This document shows positions 1 through 9,900 of a DNA stretch of 43,975 nucleotides, piece by piece. Numbering within the stretch: position 1 is the first letter of the stretch; each line of letters opens with the position of its first letter. The position numbers and the translations under genes were made by a program. The DNA comes from Candidatus Nomurabacteria bacterium (lineage in GTDB: Bacteria; Patescibacteriota; Minisyncoccia; Phycocordibacterales; UBA9973): assembly GCA_943357245.1 (NCBI GenBank), contig CALRGH010000003.1, positions 1 through 43,975 of the forward strand, written 5' to 3'. The notes beneath the pieces are model-generated. The model was not told the DNA's origin, ran no database searches, and was given only the letters and a program-made list of their open reading frames with translations.

Positions 1-26
1 AAGACTATCATTACTAAAAAATAAAT

Positions 27-947
27 ATGTCCTCACGGCGCAATCTAGAATCGCCTGCGCTTGTGCAGAAAAAACGTCACTCGCGCAGACGAAAAATTCG
101 TATTGGTATGGCACTCGTTGTTGTCTTTTTCGGTGGCCTTGTTGCACTGACACGACTCCCATTAATTCGTGTCTATACAGTGACTGTGCAAGGATCGGAA
201 ACAGTATCAGTTGTTGATGTGCAGACCTATATACAAAGTCGCCTTTCTGGATATTATGCGTGGGTTATTCCTAAAAATAACAGCGTCATTTTTTCATTAC
301 TTCGACGTGAAAAAGTTGCAAGTGGCACACTTGCAACTTTTTCACGCCTCGAGACAGTAGACATGACCCTAGCAACCAAAAAGACAATGACGGTGACTAT
401 TACCGAGCGTAAACCCGCAAATTTATTTTGTGTACCGATGCCAGACGAAGTGATTCCTGAGGAATGTTATTTTGTAGATGATCGTGGATATATTTTTGAT
501 AAGGCGCCGTATTTTTCGGGAAGTGCGTATTTTAAATTTTATAATCCGTTTATATCCGGTGATATTATTACAGAACGAGTGTTTGATCCTGTGTATTTTA
601 GAGACGTGCAAACAATACTCGCATCCCTTAAAGGAACGCTTTTGACACCGATATCAGTTGTTGTGATGAGCGATAAAGAGTACAAGATAGTATTGAAAAA
701 GACATCAAATACACAAATCGATGCACCCTACATGTATATACGAGGTGATGTGCCTGCGTCGCAGACGGTAGACAATATTAAAGCAGTGCTTGCAAGTCCA
801 GAATTTGCTGATAAGCTAAAGACCCGTCAATCATCACTTTTATATCTTGATGTGCGGTACCCAGACCAAGTGTATTTTAAATGGAATGATGGAACACCTA
901 AACCCCCAACAACAGAATCAGCAGCACCAACCGCAAAAGCTCTCTAA
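27..947 (+). CDS. ftsQ: Cell division protein FtsQ/DivIB-like (N-terminal TM helix, POTRA domain)
   Basis: Basic N-tail, one TM segment, POTRA-like V-x-V-x-G segment, ITERKP motif and C-terminal YLDVRYPDQVYFK, typical of FtsQ/DivIB. Confidence 0.75.
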   Translation: MSSRRNLESPALVQKKRHSRRRKIRIGMALVVVFFGGLVALTRLPLIRVYTVTVQGSETVSVVDVQTYIQSRLSGYYAWVIPKNNSVIFSLLRREKVASGTLATFSRLETVDMTLATKKTMTVTITERKPANLFCVPMPDEVIPEECYFVDDRGYIFDKAPYFSGSAYFKFYNPFISGDIITERVFDPVYFRDVQTILASLKGTLLTPISVVVMSDKEYKIVLKKTSNTQIDAPYMYIRGDVPASQTVDNIKAVLASPEFADKLKTRQSSLLYLDVRYPDQVYFKWNDGTPKPPTTESAAPTAKAL

Positions 948-1995
948 TAGTTTTTGGGATAATTTGCCCACGCCGTTTTTTGCTCTTGCGCCGATGGCAG
1001 ATGTCACTGATGCGGCATTTCGACAAATCATTACTAAATACGGTAAGCCAGATGTCTTATGGACAGAATTTGTATCGGCAAATGGATTGAATAGTCCAGG
1101 AAGGGAAGCATTGCTTGTTGATTTGAAATATTCCCCAAATGAGCGACCGATTGTTGCGCAGTTTTTTTCTGCGGATCCTGAAAATATGTACCAAGCGGCG
1201 GTACTGGCACGAGAACTCGGGTTTGATGGTATCGATATCAATATGGGTTGTCCGGATAAATCGATTGAGAAACAAGGTGCAGGTGCGGCGATGATAAAAA
1301 CACCAGAGATTGCAGTAGAAGTGATTCGTGCAGTGAAGCGCGGTGCGGGCGATTTACCTGTGTCAGTGAAAACACGCACTGGATTTACAAAAAATGAAAT
1401 AGATACATGGATTCCGCTTTTGCTTGCGGAAAATCTTGCAGCGCTTACGATTCATGCGCGAACGCGTAAAGAAATGTCGAAAGTACCGGCACAATGGGAG
1501 CATGTGGCTGAAGTGGTGGACATCAGAAATAAGATGGGTGTTGCGACAAAAATAATCGGTAATGGTGATGTCCGAGATATGGCCGATGCAAAACAAAAAG
1601 CAAAAGAAACAGGATGTGATGGCGTGATGATTGGGCGAGCGATTTTTGGAAATCCTTTTCTTTTCTCTGAAAAAGAAGGCGTAGGAGAAGCGCGTAAAAA
1701 ATCCTTCGGATTTTTTACGCGCTTGCTCACCTTGTTGGGTCTTCAAAAACCTCCCAAATACTGGCACGAAACATCATCCCAAATTCCACTCGAAAAACGT
1801 CTCACTGTTTTTGTCGAACACGCGAAGCTTTTTGAAAAACTCCTAGGACATTCAAAAAGCTTCGCCATTATGCGCAAACATGCAAAAGGATACGTGCATG
1901 GATTTCCCGGCGCTTCCGAACTTCGCACCAAAATAATGGAAGCAAATACGGCAGGGGAACTGGAGCTTGCCATCAGGTCATTTTTAGATAGTTGA
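886..1995 (+). CDS. dus: tRNA-dihydrouridine synthase (Dus family)
   Basis: LAPMADVTD, GIDINMGCP, VSVKTR, IHARTR, IGNGDV and GVMIGRA motifs; start uncertain (886 or 889). Confidence 0.93.
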   Translation: MMEHLNPQQQNQQHQPQKLSNSFWDNLPTPFFALAPMADVTDAAFRQIITKYGKPDVLWTEFVSANGLNSPGREALLVDLKYSPNERPIVAQFFSADPENMYQAAVLARELGFDGIDINMGCPDKSIEKQGAGAAMIKTPEIAVEVIRAVKRGAGDLPVSVKTRTGFTKNEIDTWIPLLLAENLAALTIHARTRKEMSKVPAQWEHVAEVVDIRNKMGVATKIIGNGDVRDMADAKQKAKETGCDGVMIGRAIFGNPFLFSEKEGVGEARKKSFGFFTRLLTLLGLQKPPKYWHETSSQIPLEKRLTVFVEHAKLFEKLLGHSKSFAIMRKHAKGYVHGFPGASELRTKIMEANTAGELELAIRSFLDS

Positions 1996-2019
1996 CAAAT
2001 ACCTATAATATGATACAAT
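1992..2019 (+). promoter_or_regulatory. Sigma70-type promoter
   Basis: TTGACA-N16-TACAAT with TG extended -10, upstream of the small ORF at 2042. Confidence 0.7.
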
Positions 2020-2041
2020 GGTTTTAATAAATTGTTGACCT

Positions 2042-2197
2042 ATGAAAAATCTAAAAAGTATCAGCGCATTTGGCAAAGTTATTGTTTCAATAGTTGTGTC
2101 TTTTAAAAATAAATTGAGTACTGGTCGAAAACGCAACATTTCAATGTTGGACAAGTTACTTGAAGAAAACAAAAAATTGATCAATAACCGCCACTGA
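2042..2197 (+). CDS. Small hypothetical protein (51 aa), not in the ORF track
   Basis: MKNLKSISAFGKVIVSIVVSFKNKLSTGRKRNISMLDKLLEENKKLINNRH*, bracketed by a consensus promoter and a terminator. Confidence 0.5.
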   Translation: MKNLKSISAFGKVIVSIVVSFKNKLSTGRKRNISMLDKLLEENKKLINNRH

Positions 2198-2208
2198 TGA
2201 TACACACC

Positions 2209-2249
2209 ACCGCTCACTGAAAACCGTTTTCATTGAGCGGTTTTCTTTT
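2209..2249 (+). terminator. Intrinsic terminator
   Basis: ACCGCTCA..TGAAAA/TTTTCA..TGAGCGGT stem followed by a T-rich tract. Confidence 0.7.
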
Positions 2250-2380
2250 ACCTGCATAAATTTTTTTAAAAATTTTGGCGGGTTTTGATAAAAGTGCTAC
2301 GGCAGGTATAATTCTTTCCATGTCACACCCCAGTAGCAGAGCAGAGCTCGCTACGGGGCGGGCGTATCACTCTATGCATA

Positions 2381-3412
2381 ATGAATAATTTAGTTTTATA
2401 TCGTAAATACAGACCAAGTACTTTCAAGGAAGTCATCGGTCAAGAACGCGTAGTATTACCATTGGTCGCATCGCTCGCGAGCGGCGAAATTGCCCACGCA
2501 TATTTATTGACCGGTTCGCGAGGAGTAGGTAAGACGACGATTGCACGCATCATTGCCCACGAACTTAAAACAAATCCGAACGATATAACCGAAATGGATG
2601 CAGCATCAAACCGCGGTATCGATGATATTCGCGAACTTCGCGATGGCGTTCGTACATTGCCATTTGATTCAAAATACAAAGTCTACATTATCGATGAAGT
2701 GCACATGCTCACCAAAGAAGCATGGGGTGCACTTCTGAAAACACTCGAAGAACCACCTGCACATGTCGTGTTTATTCTCTGTACCACCGAACTTGAAAAA
2801 GTGCCGGAGACTATTGTTTCTCGTTGTCAGACGTACCGATTTACGGCTCCAACAGAAACGGTCCTTGCAAAACTCGCGATGGATGTTGCCAAAAAAGAAG
2901 GCTATACGCTTGATGCAGAAACAAGTGCGCTTATTGCAACACTTGGTGACGGTTCATTTCGCGATACGCTCGGATTATTGCAAAAAGTATTAACGAGTAC
3001 GGATGGGAAAAAGGTGAATATTGATGACGCCGCGAAAGTCCTTGGTGCACCACAAGTGGAAGTGATAGAAACATACATCACCGCGCTCGCGCAAGATTCG
3101 CTTGATGATGCACTCTCTGCACTTCACCAATTCGAACAAGCAGGCGGCGATGCTGGATTGTTTGTAGAATTATTGCTCGGTAAATTACGTCTCATCTTGG
3201 CTGCGCGCTATGCGAAAGGTTACTTTGCTGAACTCAAAAAATCGCACAGCGAGAGGGAAGTGCAGTTCGCCGAAAACTCTGCTGATACCAAAAGCCCTCG
3301 TCTTACCTCAAAAACCCTTGAACTTTTTTTATCTGCATCCCAACAAGTAAAACATTCACCTCTCCCACTTCTCCCTCTCGAACTTGCAACCATGGAATTA
3401 TTCTCTGCGTAA
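2381..3412 (+). CDS. dnaX: DNA polymerase III subunit gamma/tau
   Basis: LYRKYRP, Walker A GSRGVGKT, DAASNRGIDDIR, IIDEVHML, LLKTLEEPP, SRC. Confidence 0.96.
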   Translation: MNNLVLYRKYRPSTFKEVIGQERVVLPLVASLASGEIAHAYLLTGSRGVGKTTIARIIAHELKTNPNDITEMDAASNRGIDDIRELRDGVRTLPFDSKYKVYIIDEVHMLTKEAWGALLKTLEEPPAHVVFILCTTELEKVPETIVSRCQTYRFTAPTETVLAKLAMDVAKKEGYTLDAETSALIATLGDGSFRDTLGLLQKVLTSTDGKKVNIDDAAKVLGAPQVEVIETYITALAQDSLDDALSALHQFEQAGGDAGLFVELLLGKLRLILAARYAKGYFAELKKSHSEREVQFAENSADTKSPRLTSKTLELFLSASQQVKHSPLPLLPLELATMELFSA

Positions 3413-3416
3413 CTTT

Positions 3417-3464
3417 CCTCCACTTTTATAAAAGGGGAGGTGCCGAGTCCTCGAGGCGGAGGGG
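3417..3464. repeat. REP-like palindromic element
   Basis: CCTCCACTTTTA/TAAAAGGGGAGG hairpin followed by the GC tail TGCC..GGCGGAGGGG; architecture resembles the element at 31707-31743 in the opposite orientation. Confidence 0.55.
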
Positions 3465-3489
3465 ATATTTCGCTGTGGATAACCGTACA

Positions 3490-3519
3490 TAGGATACAGG
3501 TTATACTACCTGTATCCTA
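3490..3519. promoter_or_regulatory. Perfect 12 bp inverted repeat with TATACT in the loop (candidate operator/promoter)
   Basis: TAGGATACAGGT-TATACT-ACCTGTATCCTA, 23 nt upstream of the HTH gene. Confidence 0.5.
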
Positions 3520-3542
3520 CCTAGTGTATATTTCTATTTCTT

Positions 3543-4232
3543 ATGATTAAAAAAGAAGAGGAAAAAAGAAAAGCGATTGCGATGCGGAAAAATGGGAAGA
3601 CCTATGCTGAAATTCTTTCGGTGATTCCTGTTGCAAAATCAACCCTCACGCTCTGGCTTCATGATGTCGGTATGGCTATTCATCAGAAGCAACGAATTAC
3701 TGACGCAAGAATCGCCGGACAGAAACGAGGTGCCCTAGCAAAGCACAATATACGCGTGTTACTTCAAAAGAAAATAATAAATACCGCTAAAGCTGAAATT
3801 GGCAAGATTTCAAAAAGAGAACTCTTCTTAATAGGTACTATTTTATACTGGGCCGAGGGTTCCAAAGAAAAAGAGTGGTGTCCTGGCTCCCGATTAGTCT
3901 TTAGTAATATGGATCCGAAGATGATACGAGTATTTTTGAAATGGCTCACTGATATAGCCAAAGTACCTAAAAATATGATAGGATTCCAAATATATTTTCA
4001 CAAAGACCATAAACGAAGGCTTGAAGAGGTTATTAGTTATTGGCAGAAAATAACTGGATTTCCAAGAGAATCTTTGAAAAAAGTATATTTTAAGACCAAT
4101 AAAGTACAGACTACAAACAGAAAAAATGTTGGTGATCAATACTACGGATTATTACGAGTCATTGTCGGTCGAAGCTCTGAACTTGTTCGTAAAGTTGCAG
4201 GATGGACCAAGGGGATAGTAGAAGCTATGTAA
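3543..4232 (+). CDS. HTH plus LAGLIDADG-like domain protein (family common in CPR)
   Basis: N-terminal HTH (GKTYAEI..VAKSTLTLWL), then LYWAEGSK and FSNMDP..FLKWL resembling the LAGLIDADG helix and strand. Confidence 0.65.
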   Translation: MIKKEEEKRKAIAMRKNGKTYAEILSVIPVAKSTLTLWLHDVGMAIHQKQRITDARIAGQKRGALAKHNIRVLLQKKIINTAKAEIGKISKRELFLIGTILYWAEGSKEKEWCPGSRLVFSNMDPKMIRVFLKWLTDIAKVPKNMIGFQIYFHKDHKRRLEEVISYWQKITGFPRESLKKVYFKTNKVQTTNRKNVGDQYYGLLRVIVGRSSELVRKVAGWTKGIVEAM

Positions 4233-4251
4233 TGTGTCATGTGTGTAGAGC

Positions 4252-4322
4252 TGGGGGATCGTCTAACGGCAGGACTTCTCCCTTTGAAGGAGAATATTTA
4301 GGTTCGAGTCCTAATCCCCCAG
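4252..4322 (+). tRNA. tRNA-Gln(TTG)
   Basis: Acceptor stem TGGGGGA/TCCCCCA, anticodon arm TCTCC-CTTTGAA-GGAGA, T-loop GGTTCGAGTCC; CCA not encoded. Confidence 0.95.
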
Positions 4323-4427
4323 CTTTGTACAGATGATGTTGAATTTTTGAACGGAAATCGAAAAGTAAGAGAATTTCGAAGTTGCTAGTCTAGGTTTAAC
4401 CTTAACGTATAGTTTTAAATGTAAATT

Positions 4428-5288
4428 ATGTTAAAGAAGGAACAATTAAAAACAAGTGTGCAGAATATCGAGGAATTTTTAACAAAAACAGGTTTTATTC
4501 TTGAAATGGAAGTTGCAGAGCTTTTAGCAAAAAAAGGCTATAGTGTTGGGGTAAATAAATATTTTCATGATTATGATGAAGACAAAAATAGAGAGATTGA
4601 TATAATTGCAACAAAGAAAGTCGGAGAAGTTCTTTTAGTTTTAGTAATAGAGTGCAAGCAAAGTTTAATTGATGACTGGATTTTTATCTGTTCTGATAAG
4701 AGACCATCGCGATATTATCAGTATCTAAAACATACACCAGAAGCTATAGATAATAGTAAGACAAAGATATTTAATCACTTTTCTGTTTTAGATTATTCAT
4801 CGCAGTTGGCGCAGAATCACATTATCAGGGGTAAATCTAAGAAAAAATCAACCTCAATGCAGATTGACACATGTCTTGAAAAATTACCAAAGGCACTTGT
4901 TGATTTTGTTGATTCAAATAAAGAGATAAATGTCCGTAAAATTTATTTGCCCGTAGCTGTTTTTAGTGGCAACATTTTTACCGCTCAATATAGTAAAAAA
5001 TTACAGGTAAAAAATACGGAATGGGTTCAACATGAATCTTTTTTTGAATCTGAAAATTATTTACATCATTACGAGTCCAGTCTTTTTTTAATGAAGTCCC
5101 CTTATGAAATCTCGCCACCAGAAAAATCAAAACCCAATTCAGCAATAGCTCACACAAGCCAAAATATAGGATATAAATATTTGATTGATTTTACAACAAA
5201 GAAAGGTTTATCTAAATTAATATTAAGAGTTGAGGCCGATATTTCTAAAATAGATTTAACAAAGTGGCCGATTCAAGAGAAAAAATAA
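4428..5288 (+). CDS. PD-(D/E)XK restriction-endonuclease-like protein
   Basis: GFILEMEV helix, REIDIIA and VIECKQ motifs; visibly AT-rich. Confidence 0.65.
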   Translation: MLKKEQLKTSVQNIEEFLTKTGFILEMEVAELLAKKGYSVGVNKYFHDYDEDKNREIDIIATKKVGEVLLVLVIECKQSLIDDWIFICSDKRPSRYYQYLKHTPEAIDNSKTKIFNHFSVLDYSSQLAQNHIIRGKSKKKSTSMQIDTCLEKLPKALVDFVDSNKEINVRKIYLPVAVFSGNIFTAQYSKKLQVKNTEWVQHESFFESENYLHHYESSLFLMKSPYEISPPEKSKPNSAIAHTSQNIGYKYLIDFTTKKGLSKLILRVEADISKIDLTKWPIQEKK

Positions 5289-5357
5289 TTAATGCAAACA
5301 ATCATCAAAAAAGTTGATCCGGGATGGTTTGAGATGACTGTAAAGAAAAAATAATCC

Positions 5358-5876
5358 ATGTCTAAAATAAAACTTCCAAAATCAGATAGAAAAAGAGCGC
5401 TCATTCTCGTTGATATTCAGCACGGATTCATTAAGCGTTGGGACAAATCATTTGAGAAAAATCTAAGATCACTTTTTGCTCAAGAAACATATGATTTGTA
5501 CGTCGAGGCAACATTTCATGCAGAAAAAGGATCGCTCTGGGATAAACAGACCAAGTGGACATTTCCGTACGAGCCGACCGCACCATGGGGGCTAGAGCTA
5601 TTGAAAGGAAAAAAAGTGGTAAAGGTGAAAAAGACTACCCGATCTACGTTTAAAGGCAATATAAAACTCGAGGCTTTACTAAAGAAAAATAAAATTGAGG
5701 AAGTACACATTGTAGGATTTGATACCGGAAGTTGTGTCTACGCAACCGCGCAAGAATCATTCGACAAAGGATTTTTTACGTATGTCATTGAAGAATGCAC
5801 GGGTTCGAGCGACGGACTAAAGATGCACAAAAATGCAATTAGCGTGTTGCGACGACTTGGACTAACGAATCATTAA
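5358..5876 (+). CDS. Isochorismatase/nicotinamidase-like cysteine hydrolase
   Basis: ALILVDIQ, K in KTTRSTF and VGFDTGSCV supply the D-K-C triad. Confidence 0.85.
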   Translation: MSKIKLPKSDRKRALILVDIQHGFIKRWDKSFEKNLRSLFAQETYDLYVEATFHAEKGSLWDKQTKWTFPYEPTAPWGLELLKGKKVVKVKKTTRSTFKGNIKLEALLKKNKIEEVHIVGFDTGSCVYATAQESFDKGFFTYVIEECTGSSDGLKMHKNAISVLRRLGLTNH

Positions 5877-5894
5877 AAATGCTATACTCCATTT

Positions 5895-6638
5895 ATGGAA
5901 AACGAACAAAATTTTTTTGAAAAACGAGGAGATCGCATTTTTACCAAAGAGGAAGTCTTGGCGACCATTGGTCGTTTTGCAGAAGGCAAGGAGGTGACTC
6001 GTGAAAAATCTGACGAGCATGGACTTGCAGTCCTTGAGGTTACCGTAGAAGGAGGAGAAGGCAAAACAACGGAATATCAATATACAAGAAAAGGACGGCT
6101 TTTAAACAGTGGTGGTGCCATAGAAGGATCAACGTCTATTAATGCTTATTATTATGAAGACGGGATGCCAACAGGCACAGAAGTGGTTAGTATGTATAAC
6201 GAGGAAACAGGAGTATGGGAAGATTCAAAAAAAGTAACGATTGATGAAGAAAAAGAAGCACTTGCGGTGTTGCAAGTAAAAAATAAAGAAGAAAGTAATA
6301 CAGCATCCCTTGAACAAACAAGTACAACAGAATCAAAAGAAACTGGGCTGGAAATTGTCGAATTTGAAACGATGATGGCCGATTTTGAGAAGGAACATCC
6401 TTTGGAGGCACTCCTTGCGATTACTGAACTTAAGGTAGAAGATGCTCCCAATCATCCTGTTCGAGAACCAGCAAGAAAAGCGCTCATTCCTATCATTGCA
6501 AAATATGAAGTTTTGAAAAAAGAAACAACTATTACCGATGAGCAATTGGAATTATTGGAAGCTAAGCGTAAGAAATTATCAATGGCAGTTGGTTTGATTG
6601 ATATTAAAACCAATAAAATTGATCACACAAGAATGTAG
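5895..6638 (+). CDS. Hypothetical acidic protein, apparently two domains
   Basis: 247 aa ORF with TATACT 6 nt before ATG; no recognised motif. Confidence 0.7.
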   Translation: MENEQNFFEKRGDRIFTKEEVLATIGRFAEGKEVTREKSDEHGLAVLEVTVEGGEGKTTEYQYTRKGRLLNSGGAIEGSTSINAYYYEDGMPTGTEVVSMYNEETGVWEDSKKVTIDEEKEALAVLQVKNKEESNTASLEQTSTTESKETGLEIVEFETMMADFEKEHPLEALLAITELKVEDAPNHPVREPARKALIPIIAKYEVLKKETTITDEQLELLEAKRKKLSMAVGLIDIKTNKIDHTRM

Positions 6639-6639
6639 T

Positions 6640-6894
6640 ATGTATTTCATCTACATACTCCAATGTGCCGACAAGACATTGTATGTCGGTTCCACGAATA
6701 ATTTAGAGAAGCGACTGCATGCGCACAACAATTTAAAAAACGGTGCGCATTATACAAAAATTCGCCGGCCGGTGACACTTGTGTACTCCGAAAAAGTAAA
6801 AACGTATGCGAAAGCTCGCAAACAGGAGGCTTTATTAAAGCGATTGTCTCGTGCTGAAAAATTGGCACTCATTAAAAAATATAAAAACAAATAG
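6640..6894 (+). CDS. Small GIY-YIG nuclease (UPF0213/YazA-like)
   Basis: YFIYILQC..LYVGSTNNLEKRL..HN..GAHYTK.RRPV.LVYSE..A.K.E. Confidence 0.9.
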   Translation: MYFIYILQCADKTLYVGSTNNLEKRLHAHNNLKNGAHYTKIRRPVTLVYSEKVKTYAKARKQEALLKRLSRAEKLALIKKYKNK

Positions 6895-6946
6895 ATTGTG
6901 TGGATATACCACCAAAAAGAGTTTTTTATTTTGCTAGAATAAGACT

Positions 6947-9900
6947 ATGTCAAGCTTGGTACAAAGATTGACTATGCGCACGAAGCGCTTATTTGGTTTG
7001 TCTAAAAAAAAGCACCATCATATTAATACTGGTGCCTCTTTGTCGATGCACGAAGAAAAAAAGATTTCTCTTTTCCCTCGCATGTCTCATCATGGATTTG
7101 TACATATTCCTCGCCAACATCATCGTCATGTAAAAAATAAATATAAACTGCCACTAAGTATTATGGTGGGGGGAGTGCTACTTCTTGTCATTGTATTTGG
7201 CTATAAAATTCGCGCAGATGTAACAAAAGTAAATTTCTATGCAAGCACTTGTGCTGGTGGATGGGAACATCCTGAATATGCATCAGGCGTTGCTCAAGTA
7301 TTTGAAGGAGGTCAGACTTTTTCAAAAGAAAATTCAGCATTTCTTGCTAATAGTACAGGAGAGATTACCTGTGCTGATTTTAAAGGAGATATTCCTCTCG
7401 ATGCAACTCCTCAAAAAATAGTGGTGAAAATGTCATGGCTTTTGACGGATGACGCGCTTCCTGATAAAGAACCATTTAATACGATTCCTGAAGTAGAGGG
7501 TGGAGAAACACACGAAATTTCAGATACAGATACCGAGGCTACTCCGTCATCAGAAGTTCCACCGTCCGAGTCATCAAGCGACGAAGTTCTTCAAGATACA
7601 ACGGAACAAAAAGAATCACCACAAGAAACACTTCCTGGTCCTGATGCATCCGAGACTCCTGTGGAGGAACAAAATCCTACACCTCCTGATGGTGCTGTGC
7701 AAACATTTTTGTGGAATTCGTTCAAGCCACAGGTAGTATATGCAGAAGATACTCCCGTAGAATCAGTTGTCCAAGAGGAAGTTGTAAGTGATATTCCGTT
7801 AGAAGTTACAGAGGAAATAGTGCCAAGCGATACAGCTGAACAAGGCGATATTGTTCCTGTTCCGGGAGGAGAGGAATCAGTGTCCGAAGTTGCGGTTGCT
7901 GATGATTTTCTAGAAGTGTCGTACAGTCTCGATGAGCTTACTTGGAAAAAAATAGGTACGGTAGGTGGAGCTCATTGGGAAGATGCAACATTTCAAATCG
8001 ATGACCCCGCTATTATACAATCTGGAGATATATCAAACATTAAAATAAAAATTGCTACGTTAGCTACCATAGATACACCTCCTGTTGTGTATTTAGATAG
8101 TGCGTATATAGAAGTCGAATATGAAATAGCGCCTCCTGTTATTGCGCCGACAATCGCGCTTACGGATGCATCGAGTATGATTTTTGGCGTCACTGATTTT
8201 AGTGCACAAGATGCGCCGACATTTACTGTTCGTGACCCTGCACTTTCGGCAATTGAAATTGCTGGTCTCATAGAAAAAGGTGATGCAAAAGTGATTGAAG
8301 ACACAGAAGGCGTATTTGCTGAACTTTTAAATAAACCAGATGCGCCGATGTTTATACCCGCGATTCCTGATGTGTTAGAAGAAATGCTTCCAAAAGCACC
8401 ACTACCAGCGGATTCGTCCGGAGAAACTATTCCTCTTGAAGAAGACATCCTCATTCCTGATGAAATACCGATTGTACCAATCGCGCCCGATGATGCAGCA
8501 CCAGCACCAGAATCAAAATCGAGTGATATTATTTCTCTACTACATCAAACGATCACTAAAAAAATACCAACAATCGCGACAACCGAGATAGTTGTACCAG
8601 ATGCACCTCGCCCGCGGTACACGACTATCACTCATAAAAAAACACCATCGTTTTTTGTAACCAAAAAAGCATTTGCGGAAGATGTAATTGTGCCACCTAC
8701 GCAAGCCGTGGTATTGGATGCAGATGGAGAACTGACTGATATTGTTGCTACGGTGAGTACCAATATTACTGATGGTGTACCACAACAAGAAGTGTCTATT
8801 GAACGGCCGTCGCGATCATTTCGTCCTGGTACCTATATCCTCAGGGTTTCTATGACAACGCCAGACGCTATTATTGTGTCCGAACAGGATTTTACCTGGG
8901 GCGTGCTTGCTATCAATACAGATAAATCATTGTACAAACCAGGTGACACTGCGTATTTACAAATGGGCGTGCTCACTGATCAAGGGCATACTGTTTGTGA
9001 TGCTGATCTTACGCTTGCTATTACGACACCAAGCGGTGCGGTGACTCAGTTGGACACTAGAGATGGATCTATTGTGCGTGAAGAAATGTGTGGGCCGGAT
9101 AATGTGATCAATGTGCCAGATTATTATGGCTATTATCGTGTCGGTGGTGTTGGTACGTATACTATGACCCTCACCGCGACAACAGGAAATGGTACAAAAA
9201 CAATTCAAGATTCGTTTGTCGTTTCTGCTGCGTTTCCTTTTATCGTCAGTCGCACAGGACCGACGCGTATCTATCCGGTCGTAGCATACGCAATGTCTAT
9301 TAATGTTTCTTCGGATGACGCGTGGTCTGGAACTGTCACTGAACGTGTACCGGCAAGCTTTGAAATCATATCGTCGGATGTCGGTTTACCATATGACAAT
9401 ATTGAAAGAGAAGGTGATACTAAAATTATTTCATGGAATGTGTCACTTCTTGCTGGGCAAGAAGTGACACTCGGATATTATTTTAATGCGCCAGACATTA
9501 GTCCAGAATTTTATTTGCTCGGTAAAATAAAATTAACAGACACCAATAGCGCAATTTCGTTCGAAGAATTTCGCAACTGGCAGATCGCATCTGATGCAGC
9601 GTGCAGTTCTCAGTCAGGTGGTGGTAACTGGAGTGACACCAGTAAGTGGTCATGTGGCCACGAACCAACTACTGCTGATGCGGTGACTATTGTTAGTGGT
9701 TCTGATATGACGGTGAATGTTGGTACACAAGCGGTGACAAGTGTCACGATCAATAACGGCGCAACACTGTACGGCGGTTCGAACACACTCACGATTGGCA
9801 CGACGTCGGGAACAGCCTTCACCAACAATGGCACGTTTAATGCAGGAACAGGAACCGTTACCTTTAGTGGTGCAGCAGCGATTACTCTTTTATCTGGTAC

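Noticed and set aside
5292-5354. 20-codon ORF MQTIIKKVDPGWFEMTVKKK
   Set aside because: Too short, with no independent support
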